From Candidatus Latescibacterota bacterium (GTDB taxonomy: Bacteria; Latescibacterota; UBA2968), in the NCBI GenBank assembly GCA_965198115.1, contig OZ240241.1, positions 1,376,001 through 1,440,000 of the forward strand: a stretch of DNA of 64,000 nucleotides, given 5' to 3'. Position 1 is the stretch's first letter; the number at the start of each line of letters is the position of its first letter. Shown here piece after piece: positions 60,674 to 64,000 of this stretch. Made by a program: the position numbers and the translations under genes. The notes below the pieces were generated by a model. It was not told the DNA's origin, did no database searches, and saw nothing but the letters and a program-made list of their open reading frames with translations.

Positions 60674-61467
60674 TGTGACGCCTTGCGATAATTCTCCGCC
60701 CGGCTTAAGCTATTCGCAGAATAGGCAGAATCGTTTCAATACGGTTAACAGTGGAGACCGTTCCCTAATGAGTTGAGGGTCACCTAAGATCTGGCGGCCA
60801 TGCGACATAGTGCCATAGGAGTACTTACAAGGCGCAACGGCCAAAAGCGGTTGTCGGACCTACGCCTGATGTCCCTTTCTTTACGCGAACGCGTTTGGCA
60901 CATTCCGGGGGATCGGGACGCGAAACGCTCTCGACCTCCGACGGAGTCCACGACCGGCAGCACCGCCAGGGAGACGGCCGATTTTCTACCCCGCTTCGCC
61001 ATTTTCGGGAAGCACCTTCAAAGCCGCCTTGTCGACAGACGCAAGCTCTTGTTTTTGCACTGGTTTAAGTGTTTCCGACACCTGAAAAAACCCCCTTTCG
61101 TCGACAACGGCCGCGATGCGCCCTCCGGAACGAAAATTAGGACGGATTAGTAAAAGAAACGGTCTCAACCGGTGTCCAAAAGAGAGCTGACCGTTTCCAC
61201 CCCCCCTACCCCCCCGGTGCGGGCCTCGGGCCAGCGACGCGCCCAGGGCCAACACCGCGCACCCCCCTATGCCCGCTGGGACCTGGCCTGACCACGTCTT
61301 GAGCCTAATCGGTCCTATTTCTCGCGGCGTGTGGGAAAATGAAAAAGGGCGCGGTCTACATCGGAACGCCCAGAGAGTTCATCCCCCTTAGCCCCGGGTC
61401 GTCAGTTCTTGGTGCGTGAGAATGCGAATAGCGTAACTTGGGAGGGAACCTATCGTAAGCCGTAACA
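60674..61467 (+). repeat. 794-bp MITE-like unit, copy 2
   Basis: Direct repeat of 50120-50913 at an offset of 10554 bp. Confidence 0.9.
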
Positions 61468-62336
61468 TCTGTAGAGCCCGGTATGCAGCCAGGGAAACCT
61501 CTGCGTCGGCCTCGACGTCGCGCACCCGGGGAACGTCTAACGGGAGCTTCTGGTCCATCAGATACACGGATCCCTTCTGGCTTCCCCACCGACGATGCGC
61601 CTGCTCCGAACCTTTGCGCGCATACCGAACACCTGCGAGCTGCTCGACCTCCTGCTGGAGGAGGTCTGCCACTGCCTCCAGACCCAACGGGATCAACGCC
61701 TGGATCACCGACAAACGCGTCTCCAAATCGATGCCATCGCCCTCAACCTTGACTTCACCATCGCCTGCAAATAGCTTCTCCATCTGGGCTCCTTTCTTAC
61801 GGGTATACGCTCCTACACGTCTACCCAACGTAAGTTTGGAGCCCTCTAAGTTTCAACTACGATAGGCACAACACCGATGAACCAAGGCATGCCGATCCTC
61901 CTTGACACAGCAACACACGTTCAGTCAGACTTGAATTTTCGGGAGGCACCCATCGTCAATCCATTGTTTGAACCGAGTTCGTCCCCACAAGGTTCAACTG
62001 GTTTGCATTCCTTGCCCTGGCCTCTGCGCCGCCACAATCATTCGGGCACTGCTCAGGCCTTCTGAGCGAAGTTGATCGACGTCAATCCATGCTGTCAGAG
62101 ACGATCAGGATGCTCGCAGACGCTCCTTATCTGCCTTTTGAGAGGTCCAGAGTGTATATCTGACCTGCACGAATGAGATGGACATTCTTTAGCCGTGCGC
62201 CGGGTGCTGGCCCTCCTGCCTGCAGGATCTGTTCCAGTGCCGTGATCCGGCCTTTGAGCGGATAGATCCCCGGACCCGAACGGTGCTCAGCAAGAAAATG
62301 CCGATTAAGTGAGCCGAGCACATAGACTTTCTTGCT

Positions 62337-63085
62337 TAGTACTCCTGTTCGCAAATACGGTGACGTATTCTAAGCAGACTTTGCCAAGGGCGTATCGTAG
62401 AACCTGAGTTTGTCGATCATCTCCGCGAGATCTGTTCGTGTGAACTTCCATTTGAAGGGTGTGGCGATACGTCCGTAGCGTTCCTGAAAACCGAGGATTC
62501 TTGCCTCAAGCTCTTCGAGCGATGCAAATTCGATAGGTGTCAGAGCCTTGCGTTTGAGGATCGAGAAGTAGATCTCGATCTGATTGAGCCAGCTTGCGTG
62601 GATCGGAAGGTGAACGGGGTGGATGTTTGGCCACTTCCCCTGGATACGGTCGATGCATGTTTGCCCTCGGTGCGAGGAGCCATTATCCACGATGAGGTAG
62701 ACTTTCTTTGCCGAGCAATAGGGTTTCCTGCTCATGATCAGGCTCAGGAGCCGGTTGAAGGGCTCGATACCCGAAGAAGACTCACAGAGACCGAAGATTC
62801 GACCATTGTGCACGTCGAGAGCAGCCAGATAGGCCAGGGCTCCTTTCCGCTCGTATTCGTGTTTCAACGCGTGCCGCTCTGTTCGAGGCTGGCGGTAGGG
62901 TAACGTGCTTGCGAGCTCGTGCTTGAATACTGGTCTTTTCGTCGGCAGAAAGTACATATTCCCTCGGCCCTAAAGGCTTTCCTTGCCATTGGCGGTGATA
63001 CAGATCAAGGACTCTACCTGCTTTGGTTTGGAAGTCCGGGTCCCGTGGGAAAATCCAGGAGCGATGATACCAAGGACGAATCGCG
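62337..63085 (-). mobile_element. IS630-family element, 5'-truncated and frameshifted
   Basis: SWIFPRDPDF, SADEKTSIQAR, HEYERKG, VDNGSSH and ASWLNQIEIYF, ending ...gagtactaa. Confidence 0.85.
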
Positions 63086-63485
63086 TCCTCTGAACTCAGA
63101 CACAAGCCGTTCGATTGGCCCACCTGTTCTGATGACTTGGGTCAGGTTGTCGATCTCACGTTCCATTCTCCTGATCATCCCTCCAAGATGCTTCATACGG
63201 GCTGGTGAGTCCGACTTCTGAAGTTGCTCATTCACGTCTTTCAGGAGAACGTCCACTGTCTCGCCAGCCAGCAGTGTGCTTGACAGCAAGTCCATAACGG
63301 CATTCTCGATCCCATCACGAGATAGCGTCCGCCCGTTCGTACAGACGGCATTGCCACGCTTCGAATGATAGCCGCATCGATAATACTGCCGAACTTGCTT
63401 TCGGGCCCTGATCGTGTTCATGTGATAGTTCCCCCCACAGCAGCTACAACGGATCAGTCCAGTCAGGAGATAGGGTGAGATCATC
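63086..63485 (-). pseudogene. Large serine recombinase Zn-ribbon/coiled-coil fragment
   Basis: YLLTGLIRCSCCG...YYRC......C...IENAV. Confidence 0.75.
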
Positions 63486-63523
63486 TTATCGGCGAAAACC
63501 TTCCGTTGGGAGTAGGAGAACAG

Positions 63524-64000
63524 ATGCAACCCTATGAGATCAAAACCCATCGAATCGGTCGGCGCCGCTACTGCTACACCGACGAAGACGCCGGGAAAGC
63601 CGTCGTACTCCTGCACGGTCACCTCATCGCCGAGAATCAATGGGACCCACAGATCCCCGCGCTCACACAAGCCGGCTACCACGTCATCTGTCCCCACCGG
63701 GCGGGCATGGGAAACAGCGACATCTGTGAACACATGTCGGACGCGGCGGATGCGGACGACACCTTCGCCCTGCTCAACGCGCTGGGCGTGGAAAAATGCG
63801 TGGCCGTCGGACACAGCGCCGGAAACGCCCACGCGCGCCAGATGTTCCTCTCCCACCCCAGCAGAGTCGAAGCCGCCGTCTTCATCGACGGCCTGTACTA
63901 TTTGTCCGGAAAAGCCTCCAGGCTGGGAACCGAACGCTACAGCCCCGAAGTCCGCGCCCTGTACAAAAAAAACAAAGCCATCCTCATCGCCCACGACCTC
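63524..64000 (+). CDS. Alpha/beta hydrolase (runs off the window)
   Basis: MQPYEIK...VVLLHG...W..QI...G.G.S...VGHSAG, with RBS aggag. Confidence 0.8.
   Translation, partial: MQPYEIKTHRIGRRRYCYTDEDAGKAVVLLHGHLIAENQWDPQIPALTQAGYHVICPHRAGMGNSDICEHMSDAADADDTFALLNALGVEKCVAVGHSAGNAHARQMFLSHPSRVEAAVFIDGLYYLSGKASRLGTERYSPEVRALYKKNKAILIAHDL

Larger units (their letters stand above)
50120..61467. mobile_element. 11.35-kb composite element/cointegrate bounded by 794-bp TG...CA direct repeats
   Basis: Starts tgtgacg and ends cgtaaca. tctgtag occurs at 50113-50119 and 61468-61474 but is single in the intact IS256-C. Confidence 0.85.
47857..61875 (-). mobile_element. IS256-C copy 2, in pieces 47857-48277, 49652-50119 and 61468-61875; interrupted by IS256-A and by the 11.35-kb insert
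   Basis: The pieces are colinear with 18316-19598 and the 3' end is missing. Confidence 0.88.

Noticed and set aside
50120-61467. True LTR retroelement
   Set aside because: No reverse transcriptase or primer-binding site is seen. Each repeat has its own IRs, which fits a DNA composite transposon or cointegrate.
63014-63994. 326-aa minus-strand ORF
   Set aside because: It is the antisense of the alpha/beta hydrolase joined to a recombinase fragment.
1-64000. tRNA, rRNA or riboswitch genes
   Set aside because: None were recognisable by eye. A covariance-model scan (tRNAscan-SE, Infernal/Rfam) would be needed to exclude them.

Overview
High-GC bacterial chromosomal DNA in heavy IS-driven decay. 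The gene content (many PhyH-type dioxygenases, Gfo/Idh/MocA oxidoreductases, NHL/BNR propellers, a DUF6785-type membrane protein) resembles Latescibacterota/Poribacteria-like genomes; this placement is inference only. The window holds 4 complete copies and 1 remnant of an ISL3, 5 copies of one IS256, two further IS256 types, and IS200, IS630, IS3, IS1595 and IS91/ISCR remnants. Many metabolic genes are broken. The standout is a two-gene operon at 51405-55186 (-): an ECF sigma factor translationally coupled to a 1058-aa single-chain, miniaturised fusion of RNA polymerase beta and beta'. This protein keeps the NADFDGD active site, both barrels, the sigma-2-binding clamp helices and the start of the bridge helix. 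It has lost the flap, the beta2 lobe, the beta' Zn-finger and the trigger loop. The operon lies inside an 11.35-kb insert (50120-61467) bounded by two 794-bp TG...CA direct repeats and a 7-bp target duplication. Each repeat carries a phage cos-like motif and a terminase-small-subunit-like stub. The insert also encodes a DUF3102-like protein and a Mu-type DDE transposase. All family calls come from motif recognition by eye, with no database search.
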